Position numbers and translations under genes: made by a program. The notes under the pieces are model-generated. The model saw only the letters and a list, made by a program, of their open reading frames with translations. It ran no database searches and had not been told where the DNA came from. Shown piece by piece: positions 63,558 to 64,000 of a stretch of DNA of 64,000 nt (within the stretch, counting starts at the first letter, position 1; every line of letters begins with the position of its first letter). The DNA comes from Eledone cirrhosa (lineage: Eukaryota): positions 367,598,001-367,662,000 of the forward strand of contig OZ024743.1 of assembly GCA_964016885.1 (NCBI GenBank). The letters are read 5' to 3'.

Positions 63558-64000
63558 AATATATCTACAGTCGAACGACAAGATCCCAGACCTCATTCAC
63601 TTAATGAGTGGGGTGGAACTCGTCAAATCAGACTGAGGAAACAATGTTTCCATTGGTCTTTCCAATGCTAATACTATCTTTCGGTCACAAATCCATATAT
63701 ATATAACCAAAATTTTCTCAAATATACAGTTGAGGCGTGAGTGTATTAGAGTTTATAGAATAATGAGAAAACTCAATGCAAGGAGAGCTGCCAAAATAGC
63801 AAAATGATGTGAATGACGGCGTTGGGTAAAATCTTACCTCAAAGGACAGGAATAAATGGCTAGAAGTGTGTTGGCCCACAGAAGTGATAGGGAAAGAGGA
63901 GCAAAGGAAGAACATGGAGAAAATTAAAATGAACGAGTCAAAATCACACAAACATCATATTATGACATCAGTCCTCATTCCGGAATGTAGTTTTGCATGA

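Overview
This is AT-rich animal genomic DNA. The (TA)n/(CA)n microsatellites, RTE LINEs with (GAT)n tails and tRNA-derived SINEs suggest a cephalopod, probably octopus-like (inference). Only one host exon is recognisable: a TMEM245-like exon on the minus strand at 62448-62679, so most of the window is probably intron. The rest is a nested stack of mobile DNA: RTE LINEs (one with an uninterrupted 887-aa ORF), Penelope-like elements (Naiad-like and Neptune-like), R4/Dong-, CRE- and L1/Tx1-type retroelement fragments, two DD37D/maT-type DNA transposons, SINEs and a tandem MITE array. The most notable signal is non-coding. There are at least a dozen minimal hammerhead ribozyme motifs, most inside fold-back elements that sit in (TA)n tracts and carry a one-sided tail. 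They include a ~430-bp tandem hammerhead array with a compensatory base pair (retrozyme-like), a U3-A8 variant core, and a fold-back element that encloses a tRNA-like gene. Most short ORFs in the supplied track are microsatellite or antisense-TE artefacts. All family assignments come from motif recognition by eye, without database searches.
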